A stretch of DNA of 64,000 nucleotides, taken from NCBI RefSeq assembly GCF_009914755.1, contig NC_060939.1; one strand, 5' to 3'. A program made the position numbers and the translations under genes. The notes under the pieces were generated by a model, which ran no database searches, was not told the DNA's origin, and worked only from the letters and a program-made list of their open reading frames with translations. Shown one piece after another: positions 10,401-25,700 of this stretch. The stretch comes from the human T2T-CHM13v2.0 reference genome, Homo sapiens. The number at the start of each line of letters is the position of its first letter. Within the stretch, counting starts at the first letter, position 1.

Positions 10401-13400
10401 TCTAAGCTCTGCCTAAAGGAGCATTGTGACAGATCTCTGCACTGATCACTCTGGTGATGTAAGTATTGTCTAGGCTCTGCTTCAAGGGGCCTTGTCACAT
10501 ATCTCTGCACTGATCACCCAGGTGATGTAACTCTTGTCTAGGCTCTGCTTCCAGGGCATATTGTGACATATCTATGCACTGATCACCTTAGTGATGTAAC
10601 ACTTTGGTAGGCTCGGCCTACAGGGGAATCTTGACATATCTCTGCACTGTTAACCGAGGTGATTTAACTCTTGTCTAGGCTGTGCCCACAGGGGGATTGA
10701 GACATATCTCTGCACTGATCCCGAGGTGATACAACTCTTGCCTGGTCTCTGCCTACTGTGGACATTGCGACATATCTCTGCACTGATCTCCCAGATGCTG
10801 TAACTTTAGACTAGGCTCTGGCTACACGGCATTGTGACATATCACTGCACTGATCACCCAGGCGATATAACTCTTCTCTAGGATCTGACCACAGGGTGCT
10901 TTGTGACATATCCCTGCAATGATCACCCAGGTGATATACCACTTGCCAAGGCTCTGCCTACAGGGGCATTGCAATGTATCTCTGCACTGATCACCTAGGT
11001 CTTGTAGCTATTTTCTAGGATCTGCCTACAGGGTGCTTTGTGACGTGTCCCAGCAAGGATTACCCAGGTGATGTACCTCTCATCAAGGCTCTGCCTACAG
11101 GCACATTGTGATGTATCTCTGCACTGATCACCTCGGTCATGTAACCTTTTCCTAGGCTCTACCTACGATGGCATTGTGACATATCTCTGCACTAATCATC
11201 CAAGAGATGTAACTCTTGTCTAGGATGTGCCTAAATTAACTTTTTGACATAACCCTGTACTGATCATCCAGGTGATGGAGCTTTTGTCTAGGCTCTGCCT
11301 AAGGGGTCATTGTGACATATTTCTGCATTGATCACCCAGGTGGCGAACTCTTCTCTCGGATCGGCCTATGGGGGCATTGTGAGAAATCTCTGCACTGATC
11401 ACCCAGGTGATGTAACTGTTGTGTAACCTCTGCCTACAGGGGAATTGTGAGAGATCTCGTCACTCATTACCCAAGTGATGTAACCATTGTCTAGGCTTTG
11501 CCTACAGGGGGCTTTGTGACATACCTTTTCACTGATCACCCAGGTGATGTAACACATCTAAGTTCGGCCTAAAGGAGCTTTGTGACATAAATCTGCACTG
11601 ATCACTTAGGTGATGTAACACTTTTATAATCACTGCCTACAGGGAATTTTGACAAATCTCTGCACTGATCACCTAGGTGATGTAACTCTTGTCTACCCTC
11701 TGTCCAACGGGGCATTGTGAAATATCTCTACACTGATCACCCAGGTGATTCAACTCTTGACTAGGAACTGCCTACAGATGTTATTGTGAAATATCTCTGC
11801 CCTGATAAACTAGGTGGTGTAACCCTTGTCCTAGCTCGCCTACAGGGTCGTTTCCACATATCCCTGAATTGATGACAAAGGTGATGTAACCCTTGCCTAG
11901 GCTTTGCCTAAAGGGAACATTGGACATATATCTGCACTGATCACCCAGGTGATGCAACTATTGCCTAGGCTTTTCCTACAGGGGACATTGTGACATATCT
12001 CTTCAATGATCACTCATGTGATGCATCTCTTGCCTAGGCTTTGCCTACAGCTGACATTGTGACATATCTCTGCACTGATCTCCCAGGTGCTGTAACTTTA
12101 GTCTAGGCTCTGGCTACACGGCATTGTGACCTACCTCTGCACTGATCACCCAGGTGATATAACTCTTCTCTAGGATCTGCCTACAGGGTACTTTGTGACA
12201 TATCCCTGCACTGATCACCCAGGTGATCTAACTCTGGTCTAAGCTCTGCCTAAAGGAGCATTGTGACAGATCTCTGCACTGATCACTCTGGTGATGTAAG
12301 TATTGTCTAGGCTCTGCTTCAAGGGACCTTGTCACATATCTCTGCACTGATCACCCAGGTGATGTAACTCTTGTCTAGACTCTGCTTCCAGGGCATATTG
12401 TGACATATCTATGCACTGATCACCTTAGTGATGTAACACTTTGGTAGGCTCGGCCTACAGGGGAATCTTGACATATCTCTGCACTGTTAACCGAGGTGAT
12501 TTAACTCTTGTCTAGTCTGTGCCCACAGGGGTATTGAGACATATCTCTGCACTGATCCCGAGGTGATACAAGTCTTGCCTGGTCTCTGCCTACTGTGGAC
12601 ATTGGGACATATCTCTGCACTGATCTCCCAGGTGCTGTAACTTTAGACTAGGCTCTGGCTACACGGCATTGTGATATATCACTGCACTGATCACCCAGGC
12701 GATATAACTCTTCTCTAGGATCTGACCACAGGGTGCTTTGTGACATATCCCTGCAATGATCACCCAGGTGATATACCACTTGCCAAGGCTCTGCCTACAG
12801 GGGCATTGCAATGTATCTCTGCACTGATCACCTAGGTCCTGTAGCTATTTTCTAGGATCTGCCTACAGGGTGCTTTGTGACGTGTCCTAGCAAGAATTAC
12901 CCAGGTGATGTACCTCTCATCAAGGCTATGCCTACAGGCACATTGTGATGTATCTCTGCACTGATCACCTCGGTCATGTAACCTTTTTCTAGGCTCTACC
13001 TACGATGGCATTGTGACATATCTCTGCACTAATCATCCAAGTGATGTAACTCTTGTCTAGGATGTGCCTAAATTAACTTTTTGACATAACCCTGTACTGA
13101 TCATCCAGGTGATGGAGCTTTTGTCTAGGCTCTGCCTAAGGGGTCATTGTGACATATTTCTGCATTGATCACCCAGGTGGCGAACTCTTCTCTCGGATCG
13201 GCCTATGGGGGCATTGTGAGAAATCTCTGCACTGATCACCCAGGTGATGTAACTGTTGTGTAACCTCTGCCTACAGGGGAATTGTGAGAGATCTCGTCAC
13301 TCATTACCTAAGTGATGTAACCATTGTCTAGGCTTTGCCTACAGGGGGCTTTGTGACATACCTTTGCACTGATCACCCAGGTGATGTAACACATCTAAGT

Positions 13401-16400
13401 TCGGCCTAAAGGAGCTTTGTGACATAAATCTGCACTGATCAATTAGGTGATGTAACACTTTTATAATCACTGCCTACAGGGAATTTTGACAAATCTCTGC
13501 ACTGATCACCTAGGTGATGTAACTCTTGTCTACCCTCTGTCCAACGGGGCATTGTGAAATATCTCTACACTGATCACCCAGGTGATTCAACTCTTGACTA
13601 GGAACTGCCTACAGATGTTATTGTGAAATATCTCTGCACTGATAAACTAGGTGGTGTAACCCTTGTCCAAGCTCGCCTACAGGGTCGTTTCCACATATCC
13701 CTGAATTGATGACAAAGGTGATGTAACCCTTGCCTAGGCTTTGCCTATAGGGAACATTGGACATATATCTGCACTGATCACCCAGGTGATGCAACTCTTG
13801 CCTAGGCTTTGCCTACAGGGGACATTGTGACATATCTCTTCAATGATCACTCATGTGATGCATCTCTTGCCTAGGCTTTGCCTCCAGCTGACATTGTGAC
13901 ATATCTCTGCACTGATCTCCCAGGTGCTGTAACTTTAGTCTAGGCTCGGGCTACACGGCATTGTGACCTACCTCTGCACTGATCACCCAGGTGATATAAC
14001 TCTTCTCTAGGATCTGCCTACAGGGTACTTTGTGACATATCCCTGCACTGATCACCCAGGTGATCTAACTCTGGTCTAAGCTCTGCCTAAAGGAGCATTG
14101 TGACAGATCTCTGCACTGATCACTCTGGTGATGTAAGTATTGTCTAGGCTCTGCTTCAAGGGGCCTTGTCACATATCTCTGCACTGATCACCCAGGTGAT
14201 GTAACTCTTGTCTAGGCTCTGCTTCCAGGGCATATTGTGACATATCTATGCACTGATCACCTTAGTGATGTAACACTTTGGTAGGCTCGGCCTACAGGGG
14301 AATCTTGACATATCTCTGCACTGTTAACCGAGGTGATTTAACTCTTGTCTAGGCTGTGCCCACAGGGGGATTGAGACATATCTCTGCACTGATCCCGAGG
14401 TGATACAACTCTTGCCTGGTCTCTGCCTACTGTGGACATTGCGACATATCTCTGCACTGATCTCCCAGATGCTGTAACTTTAGACTAGGCTCTGGCTACA
14501 CGGCATTGTGACATATCACTGCACTGATCACCCAGGCGATATAACTCTTCTCTAGGATCTGACCACAGGGTGCTTTGTGACATATCCCTGCAATGATCAC
14601 CCAGGTGATATACCACTTGCCAAGGCTCTGCCTACAGGGGCATTGCAATGTATCTCTGCACTGATCACCTAGGTCTTGTAGCTATTTTCTAGGATCTGCC
14701 TACAGGGTGCTTTGTGACGTGTCCTACCAAGGATTACCCAGGTGATGTACCTCTCATCAAGGCTCTGCCTACAGGCACATTGTGATGTATCTCTGCACTG
14801 ATCACCTAGGTCATGTAACTTTTTTCTAGGCTCTACCTACGATGGCATTGTGACATATCTCTGCACTAATCATCCAAGTGATGTAACACTTGTCTAGGAT
14901 GTGCCTAAATTAACTTTTTGACATAACCCTGTACTGATCATCCAGGTGATGGAGCTTTTGTCTAGGCTCTGCCTAAGGGGTCATTGTGACATATTTCTGC
15001 ATTGATCACCCAGGTGGCGAACTCTTTTCTCGGATCTGCCTATGGGGGCATTGTGAGAAATCTCTGCACTGATCACCCAGGTGATGTAACTGTTGTGTAA
15101 CCTCTGCCTACAGGGGAATTGTGAGAGATCTCGTCACTGATTACCCAAGTGATGTAACCATGGTCTAGGCTTTGCGTACAGGGGGCTGTGTGACATACCT
15201 TTGCACTCATTACCCGGGTGATGTAACACATGTAAGTTCGGCCTAAAGGAGCCTTGTGACATATCTCCGCAGTAATCACTTAGGTGATTTAACACTTTTA
15301 TAATCACTGCCTACAGGGAAATTTGACAAATCTCTGCAATGGTCACCTAGGTTATGTAACTCTTGTCTACCCTCTGTCCAACGGGGCATTGTGAAATGTC
15401 TCTGCACTGATCACCCAGGTGATTCAACTATTGACTAGGAACTGCCTACAGAGGTTATTGTGAAATATCTCTGCACTGATAAACTAGGTGGTGTAACCCT
15501 TGTCCAAGCTCTGCCTACAGGGGCGTTTCCACATATCCCTGAACTGGTGACAAATGTGATGTAACTCTTGCCTAGGCTTTGCCTACAGGGAACATTGGAC
15601 AAATATCTGCACTGATCACCCAGGTGATGCAACTCTTGCCTAGGCTTTGCCTACAGGGGACATTGTGACATATCTCTTCAATGATCACTCATGTGATGCA
15701 TCTCTTGCCTAGGCTTTGCCTACAGGGGACATTTTGACATATCTCTGCACTGATCTCCCAGGTGCTGTAAGTTTAGTCTAGGCTCTGGCTTCACAGCATT
15801 GTGACCTACCTCTGCACTGATCACCCAGGTGATATAACTCTTCTCTAGGATCTGCCTACAGGGTACTTTGTGACATATCCCTGCACTGATCACCCAGGTG
15901 ATCTAACTCTGGTCTAAGCTCTGCCTAAAGGAGCATTGTGACAGATCTCTGCACTGATCACTCTGGTGATGTAAGTATTGTCTAGGCTCTGCTTCAAGGG
16001 GCCTTGTCACATATCTCTGTACTGATCACCCAGGTGATGTAACTCTTGTCTAGGCTCTGCTTCCAGGGCATATTGTGACATATCTATGCACTGATCACCT
16101 TAGTGATGTAACACTTTGGTACGCTCGGCCTACAGGGGAATCATGACATATCTCTGCACTGTTAACCGAGGTGATTTAACTCTTGTCTAGGCTGTGCCCA
16201 CAGGGGGATTGAGACATATCTCTGCACTGATCCCGAGGTGATACAACTCTTGCCTGGTCTCTGCCTACTGTGGACATTGCGACATATCTCTGCACTGATC
16301 TCCCAGATGCTGTAACTTTAGACTAGGCTCTGGCTACACGGCATTGTGACATATCACTGCACTGATCACCCAGGCGATATAACTCTTCTCTAGGATCTGA

Positions 16401-19400
16401 CCACAGGGTGCTTTGTGACATATCCCTGCAATGATCACCCAGGTGATATACCACTTGCCAAGGCTCTGCCTACAGGGGCATTGCAATGTATCTCTGCACT
16501 GATCACCTAGGTCTTGTAGCTATTTTCTAGGATCTGCCTACAGGGTGCTTTGTGACGTGTCCTACCAAGGATTACCCAGGTGATGTACCTCTCATCAAGG
16601 CTCTGCCTACAGGCACATTGTGATGTATCTCTGCACTGATCACCTAGGTCATGTAACTTTTTTCTAGGCTCTACCTACGATGGCATTGTGACATATCTCT
16701 GCACTAATCATCCAAGTGATGTAACTCTTGTCTAGGATGTGCCTAAATTAACTTTTTGACATAACCCTGTACTGATCATCCAGGTGATGGAGCTTTTGTC
16801 TAGGCTCAGCCTAAGGGGGCATTGTGACATATTTCTGCATTGATCACCCAGGTGGCGAACTCTTCTCTCGGATCTGCCTATGGGGGCATTGTGAGAAATC
16901 TCTGCACTGATCACCCAGGTGATGTAACTGTTGTGTAACCTCTGCCTACAGGGGAATTGTGAGAGATCTCGTCACTGATTACCCAAGTGATGTAACCGTT
17001 GTCTAGGCTTTGCGTACAGGGGGCTTTGTGACATACCTTTGCACTGATTACCCGAGTGATGTAACACATGTAAGTTCGGCCTAAAGGAGCCTTGTGACAT
17101 ATCTCCGCAGTAATCACTTAGGTGATTTAACACTTTTATAATCACTGCCTACAGGGAAATTTGACAAATCTCTGCACTGATCACCTCGGTTATGTAACTC
17201 TTGTCTACCCTCTGTCCAACGGGGCATTGTGAAATGTCTCTGCACTGATCACCCAGGTGATTCAACTATTGACTAGGAACTGCCTACAGAGGTTATTGTG
17301 AAATATCTCTGCACTGATAAACTAGGTGGTGTAACCCTTGTACAAGCTCTGCCTACAGGGGCGTTTCCACATATCCCTGAACTGGTGACAAAGGTGATGT
17401 AACTCTTGCCTATGCTTTGCCTACAGGGAACATTGGATAAATATCTGCACTGATCACCCAGGTGATGCAACTCTTGCCTAGGCTTTGCCTACAGGGGACA
17501 TTGTGACATATCTCTTCAATGATCACTCATGTGATGCATCTCTTACCTAGGCTTTGCCTACAGGGGACATTGTGACATATCTCTGCACTGATCTCCCAGG
17601 TGCTGTAACTTTAGTCTATGCTCTGGTTACACGGCTTTGTGAACTACCTCTGCACTGATCACCCAGGTGATATAACTCTTCTCTAGGATCTGCCTACTGG
17701 GTAATTTGTGACATATACCTGCACTGATCACCCAGGTGATCTAACTCTGGTCTAAGCTCTGCCTAAAGGAGCATTGTGACAGATCCCTTCACTGATCACT
17801 CTGGTGATGTAAATATTGTCTAGGCTCTGCTTCAAGGGGCCTTGTCACATATCTCTGCAGTGATCACCCAGGTGATGTAACTCTTGTCTAGGCTCTGCTT
17901 CCAGGGCATATTGTGACAAACCTATGCACTGATCACCTTAGTGGTGTAACACTTTGGTAGGCTCGGCCTACAGGGGAATCTTGACATATCTCTGCACTGT
18001 TAACCGAGGTGATTTAACTCTTGTCTAGGCTGTGCCCACAGGGGGATTGAGACATATCTCTGCACTGATCCCGAGGTGATACAACTCTTGCCTGGTCTCT
18101 GCCTACTGTGGACATTGTGACATATCTCTGCACTGATCTCCCAGGTGCTGTAACTTTAGTCTAGGCTCTGGCTACACGGCATTGTGACATATCACTGCAC
18201 TGATCACCCAGGCGATATATCTCTTCTCTAGGATCTGACCACAGGGTGCTTTTTGACATATCCCTGCAATGAAATACCCAGGTGATATACCACTTGCCAA
18301 GGCTCTGCCTACAGGGGCATTGCAATGTATCTCTGCACTGATCACCTAGGTCTTGTAGCTATTTTCTAGGATCTGCCTACAGGGTGCTTTGTGACGTGTC
18401 CCAGCAAGGATTACCCAGGTGATGTACCTCTCATCAAGGCTCTGCCTACAGGCACATTGTGATGTATCTCTGCACTGATCACCTCGGACATGTAACTTTT
18501 TTCTTGGCTCTACCTACGATGGCATTGTGACATATCTCTGCACTAATCATCCAAGTGATGTAACTCTTGTCTAGGATGTGCCTAAATTAACTTTTTGACA
18601 TAACCCTGTACTGATCATCCAGGTGATGGAGCTTTTGTCTAGGCTCTGTCTAAGGGGTCATTGTGTCATATTTCTGCATTGATCACCCCGGTGGCGAACT
18701 CTTCTCTCGGATCGGCCTATGGGGGCATTGTGAGAAATCTCTGCACTGATCACCCAGGTGATGTAACTGTTGTGTAACCTCTGCCTACAGGGGAATTGTG
18801 AGAGATCTCGTCACTGATTACCCAAGTGATGTAACCATTGTCTAGGCTTTGCGTACAGGGGGCTTTGTGACATACCTTTGCACTGATCACCCAGGTGATG
18901 TAACACATCTAAGTTCGGCCTAAAGGAGCTTTGTGACATATCTCTGCACTGATCACTTAGGTGATGTAACACTTTTATAATCACTGCCTACAGGGAATTT
19001 TGACAAATGTCTGTACTGATCACCTAGGTTATGTAACTCTTGTCTACCCTCTCTCCAACGGGGCATTGTGAAATGTCTCTGCACTGATCACCCAGGTGAT
19101 TCAACTCTTGACTAGGAACTGCCTACAGAGGTTATTGTGAAATATCTCTGCACTGATAAACTAGGTGGTGTAACCCTTGTCCAAGCTCTGCCTACAGGGG
19201 CGTTTCCACATATCCCTGAACTGATGACAAAGGTGATGTAACACTTGCCTAGGCTTTGCCTACAGGGAACATTGGACATATATCTGCACTGATCACCCAA
19301 GTGATGCAACTCTTGCCTAGGCTTTGCCTACAGGGGACATTGTGACATATCTCTTCAATGATCACTCATGTGATGCATCTCTTGCCTAGGCTTTGCCTGC

Positions 19401-22400
19401 AGGGGACATTGTGACATATCTCTGCACGGATCCCCCAGGTGCTGTGACTTTAGTCTAGGCTCTGGCTACACGGCATTGTGACCTACCTCTGCACTCATCA
19501 CCCAGGTGATATAACTCTTCTGTAGGATCTGCCTACAGGGTACTTTGTGACATATCCCTGCACTGATCACCCAGGTGATCTAACTCTGGTCTAAGCTCTG
19601 CCTAAGGGAGCATTGTGACAGATCTCTTCACTGATCACTCTGGTGATGTAAATATTGTCTAGGCTCTGCTTCAAGGGACCTTGTCACATATCTCTGCACT
19701 GATCACCCAGGTGATGTAACTCTTGTCTAGGCTCTGCTTCCAGGACATATTGTGACATATCTATGCACTGATCACTTTAGTGGTGTAACACTTTGGTAGG
19801 CTCGGCCTACAGGGGAATCTTGACATATCTCTGCACTGTTAACCGAGGTGATTTAACACTTGTCTAGGCTGTGCCCACAGGGGGATTGAGACATATCTCT
19901 GCACTGATCCCGAGGTGATAGAACTCTTGCCAGGTCTCTGCCTACTGTGGATATTGAGACATATCTCTGCACTGATCTCCCAGGTGCTGTAACTTTAGTC
20001 TAGGCTCTGGCTACACGGCATTGTGACATATCACTGCACTGATCACCCAGGAGATATATCTCTTCTCTAGGATCTGACCACAGGGTGCTTTGTGACATAT
20101 CCCTGCAATGATCACCCAGGTGATATACCACTTGCCAAGGCTCTGCCTACAGGGGCATTGCAATGTATCTCTGCACTGATCACCTAGGTCTTGTAGCTAT
20201 TTTCTAGGATCTGCCTACAGGGTGCTTTGTGACGTGTCCTAGCAAGGATTACCCAGGTGATGTACCTCTCATCAAGGCTCTGCCTACAGGCACATTGTGA
20301 TGTATCTCTGCACTGATCACCTAGGTCATGTAACTTTTTTCTAGGCCCTACCTACGATGGCATTGTGACATAACTCTGCACGAATCATCCAAGTGATGTA
20401 ACTCTTGTCTAGGATGTGCCAAAATTAACTTTTTGACATAACCCTGTACTGATCATCCAGGTGTTGGAGCTTTTGTCTAGGCTCTGCCTAAGGGGGCATT
20501 GTGACATATTTCTGCATTGATCACCCAGGTGGCGAACTCTTCTCTCGGATCTTCCTATGGGGGCATTGTGAGAAATCTCTGCACTGATCACCCAGGTGAT
20601 GTAACTGTTGTGTAAGCTCTGCCTACAGGGGAATTGTGAGAGATTTCGTCACTGATTACCCAAGTGATGTAACCATTGTCTAGGCTTTGCGTACAGGGGG
20701 CTTTGTGACATAAATTTGTACTGATCACCCAGGTGATGTAACACATCTAAGTTCGGCCTAAAGGAGCTTTGTGACATATCTCTGCACTGATCACTTAGGT
20801 GATGTAACACTTTTATAATCACTGCCTGCAGGGAATTTTGACAAATGTCTGCACTGATCACCTAGGTTATGTAACTCTTGTCTACCCTCTGTCCAACGGG
20901 GCATTGTGAAATGTCTCTGCACTGATCACCCAGGTGATTCAACTCTTTACTAGGAACTGCCTACAGAGGTTATTGTGAAATATCTCTGCACTGATAAACT
21001 AGGTGGTGTAACCCTTGTCCAAGCTCTGCCTACAGGGGCGTTTCCACATATCCCTGAACTGATGACAAAGGTGATGTAACTCTTGGCTAGGCTTTGCCTA
21101 CAGGGAACATTGGACATATATCTGCACTGATCACCCATTTGATGCAACTCTTGCCTAGGCTTTGCCTACAGGGGACATCGGGACATATCTCTTCAATGAT
21201 CACTCCTGTGATGCATCTCTTGCCTAGGCTTTGCCTACAGGGGACATTGTGACATATCTCTGCACTGATCTCCCAGGTGCTGTAACTTTATTCTAGGCTC
21301 TGGCTACAGGGCATTGTGACCTACCTCTGCACTGATCACCCAGGTGATATAACTCTTCTCTAGGATCTGCCTACAGGGTACTTTGTGACATATCCCTGCA
21401 CTGATCACCCAGGGGATTTAACTCTGGTCTAAGCTCTCCCTAAGGGGCATTGTGACAGATCTCTGCACTGATCACTCTGGTGATGTAAGTATTGTCTAGG
21501 CTCTGCTTCAAGGGGCCTTGTCACATATCTCTGCACTGATCACCCAGGTGATGTAACTCTTGTCTAGGCTCTGCTTCCAGGGCATATTGTGACATATCTA
21601 TGCACTGATCACCTTAGTGATGTAACACTTTGGTAGGCTCGGCCTACAGGGGAATCTTGACATATCTCTGCACTGTTAACCGAGGTGATTTAACTCTTCT
21701 CTAGGCTGTGCCCAAAGGGGGATTGAGACATATCTCTGCACTGATCCCGAGGTGATACAACTCTTGCCTGGTCTCTGCCTACTGTGGACATTGGGACATA
21801 TCTCTGCACTGATCTCCCAGGTGCTGTAACTTTAGTCTAGGCTCCGGCTACACGGCATTGTGACATATCACTGCACTGATCACCCAGGCGATATAACTAT
21901 TCTCTAGGATCTGACCACAGGGTGCTTTGTGACATATCCCTGCAATGATCACCCAGGTGATATACCACTTGCCAAGGCTCTGCCTACAGGGGCATTGCAA
22001 TGTATCTCTGCACTGATCACCTAGGTCTTGTAGCTATTTTCTAGGATCTGCCTACAGGGTGCTTTGTGACGTGTCCCAGCAAGGATTACCCAGGTGATGT
22101 ACCTCTCATCAAGGCTCTGCCTACAGGCACATTGTGATGTATCTCTGCACTGATCACCTCGGTCATGTAACTTTTTTCTAGGCTCTACCTACGATGGCAT
22201 TGTGACATATCTCTGCACTAATCATCGAAGTGATGTAACACTTGTCTAGGATGTGCCTAAATTAACTTTTTGACATAACCCTGTACTGATCATCCAGGTG
22301 ATGGAGCTTTTGTCTAGGCTCAGCCTAAGGGGGCATTGTGACATATTTCTGCATTGATCACCCAGGTGTCGAACTCTTCTCTCGGATCTGCCTATGGGGG

Positions 22401-22786
22401 CATTGTGAGAAATCTCTGCACTGATCACCCAGGTGATGTAACTGTTGTGTAACCTCTGCCTACAGGGGAATTGTGAGAGATCTCGTCACTTATTACCCAA
22501 GTGATGTAACCATTGTCTAGGCTTTGCGTACAGGGGGCTTTGTGACATACCTTTGCACTGATCACCCAGGTGATGTAACACATCTAAGTTCGGCCTAAAG
22601 GAGCTTTGTGACATATCTCTGCACTGATAACTTAGGTGATGTAACACTTTTATAATCACTGCCTACAGGGAATTTTGACAAATCTCTGCACTGATCACCT
22701 AGGTGATGTAACTCTTGTCTACCCTCTGTCCAACGGGGCATTGTGAAATATCTCTGCACTGATCACCCAGGTTAATCAACTCTTGA
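4411..22786. repeat. Block of ten 27-mer HOR units (1837-1839 bp)
   Basis: Markers at 4411, 6249, 8087, 9924, 11761, 13598, 15435, 17273, 19112, 20950 and 22787. The units carry the fused junction GGCTACACGGCATTGTGACCTAC or minor variants of it. Confidence 0.93.
7254..14724. repeat. Near-identical tandem duplication of two HOR units (period 3674 bp)
   Basis: Private variants recur at exactly +3674, e.g. CTCTGCCCTGATAA, GTCCTAGCTCG, CAAGAATTAC, GATCAATTAGG, CCTCCAGCTG and CTCGGGCTAC. Identity fails at 7253 and at 14725. Confidence 0.9.
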
Positions 22787-25700
22787 CTAGGAACTGCCTA
22801 CAGAGGTTATTGTGAAATATCTCTGCACTGATAAACTAGGTGGTGTAACCCTTGTCCAAGCTCTGCCTACAGGGTCGTTTCCACCTATCCCTGAACTGAT
22901 GAAAAAGGTGATGTAAGTCTTGCCTAGGCTTTGCCTACAGGGAACATTGGACATATATCTGCACTGATCACCCAGGTGATGCAACTCTTGCCTAGGCTTT
23001 GCCTACAGGGGACATTGTGACATATCTCTTCAATGATCACTCATGTGATGCATCTCTTGCCTAGGCTTTGCCTACAGGGAACATTGTGACATATCTCTGC
23101 ACTAATCTCCCAGGTGCTGTAACTTTAGTCTAGGCTCTGGCTACACGGCATTGTGACATATCACTGCACTGATCAACCAGGTGATATAACTCTTGTATAG
23201 GCTCTGCCTACAGGGGGATTGTGACCTACCTCTGCATTGATCACCCAGGTGATATAGCTCTTCTCTAGGATCTGCTTACAGGGTACTTTGTGACATATCC
23301 CTGCACTGATCACCCAGGTGATCTAACTCTGGTCTAAGCTCTGCCTAAACGGGCATTGTGACAGATCTCTGCACTGATAACTCTGGTGATGTAAGTATTT
23401 TCTAGGCTCTGCTTCAAGGGGCCTTGTCACATATCTCTGCACTGATCACCCAGGTGATGTAACTCTTGTCTAGGCTCTGCTTCCAGGGCATATTGTGACA
23501 TATCTATGCACTGATCACCTTAGTGATGTAACACTTTGGTAGGCTCGGCCTACAGGGGAATCTTGACATATCTCTGCACTGTTAACCGAGGTGATTTAAC
23601 TCTTGTCTAGGCTGTGCCCACAGGGGGATTGAGACATATCTCTGCACTGATCCCGAGGTGAGACAACTCTTGCCTGGTCTCTGCCTACTGCGGACATTGT
23701 GACATATCTCTGCACTGATCTCCCAGGTGCTGTAACTTTAGTCTAGGCTCTGGCTACACGGCATTGTGACATGTCACTGCACTGATCACCCAGGCGATAT
23801 AACTCTTCTCTAGGATCTGACCACAGGGTGCTTTGTGACATATCCCTGCAATGATCACCCAGGTGATATACCACTTGCCAAGGCTCTGCCTACAGGGGCA
23901 TTGCAATGTATCTCTGCACTGATCACCTAGGTCTTGTAGCTATTTTCTAGGATCTGCCTACAGGGTGCTTTGTGACGTGTCCCAGCAAGGATTACCCAGG
24001 TGATGTACCTCTCATCAAGGCTCTGCCTACAGGCACATTGTGATGTATCTCTGCACTGATCACCTACGTCATGAAACTTTTTTCTAGGCTCTACCTACGA
24101 TGGCATTGTGACATATCTCTGCACTAATCATCCAAGTGATGTAACTCTTGTCTAGGATGTGTCTAAATTAACTTTTTGATATAACCCTGTACTGATCATC
24201 CAGGTGATGGAGCTTTTGTCTAGGATCTGCCTAAGGGGGCATTGTGACATATTTCTGCATTGATCACCCAGGTGGCGAACTCTTCTCTCAGATCTGCCTA
24301 TGGGGGCATTATGAGAAATCTCTTCACTGATCACCCAGGTGATGTAACTGTTGTGTAACCTCTGCCTACAGGGGAATTGTGAGAGATCTCGTCACTGATT
24401 ACCCAAGGGATGTAACCGTTGTCTAGGCTTTGCATACAGGGGGCTTTGTGACATACCTTTTAACTGATCACCCAGGTGATGTAACACATCTAAGTTCGGC
24501 CTAAAGGAGCTTTGTGACATATCTCTGCAGTGATCTCTTAGGTGATGTAACACTTTTATAATCACTGCCTACAGGGAATTTTGACAAATCTCTGCACTGA
24601 TGACCTAGGTGATGCAACTCTTGTCTACCCTCTCTCCAACGGGGCATTTTGAAATATCTCTGCACTGATGACCCAGTTGATTCAACTCTTGACTAGGAAC
24701 TGCCTACAGAGGTTATTGTGAAATATCTCTGCACTGATAAACTAGGTGGTGTAAACCTTGTCCAAACTCTGCCTACAGGGGCGTTTCCACATATCCCTGA
24801 ACTGATGACAAAGGTGATGTAACTCTTGCCTAGGCTTTGCCTACAGGGAACATGGGACATATATCTGCACTGATCACCCAGGTGATGCAACTCTTGCCTT
24901 GGCTTTGCCTACAGGGGACATCGTGACATATCTCTTCAATGATCACTCATGTGATGCATCTCTTGCCTAGGCTTTGCCTACAGGGGACATTGTAACATAT
25001 CTCTGCACTGATCTCCCAGGTGCTGTAACTTTAGACTAGGCTCTGGCTACACGGCATTGTTACATATCACTGCACTGATCAACCAGGTGATATAACTCTT
25101 GTATAGGCTCTGCCTACAGGGGGATTGTGACCTACCTCTGCACTGATCACCCAGGTGATATAACTCTTCTCTAGGATCTGCCTACAGGGTACTTTGTGAC
25201 ATATCCCTGCACTGATCCCCCAGGTGATCTAACTCTGGTCTAAGCTCTGCCTAAAGGGGCATTGTGACAGATCTCTGCACTGATCACTCTGGTGATGTAA
25301 GTATTGTCTAGGCTCTGCTTCAAGGGGCCTTGTCACATATCTCTGCACTGATCACCCAGGTGATGTAACTCTTGTCTAGGCTCTGCTTCCGGGGCATATT
25401 GTGACATATCTATGCACTGATCACCTTAGTGATGTAACACTTTGGTAGGCTCGGCCTACAGGGGAATCTTGACATATCTCTGCACTGTTAACCGAGGTGA
25501 TTTAACTCTTGTCTAGGCTGTGCCCACAGGGGGATTGAGACATATCTCTGCACTGATCCCGAGGTGATACAACTCTTGCCTGGTCTCTGCCTACTGTGGA
25601 CATTGTGACATATCTCTGCACTGATCTCCCAGGTGCTGTAACTTTAGTCTAGGCTCTGGCTACACGGCATTGTGACATATCACTGCACTGATCACCCAGG

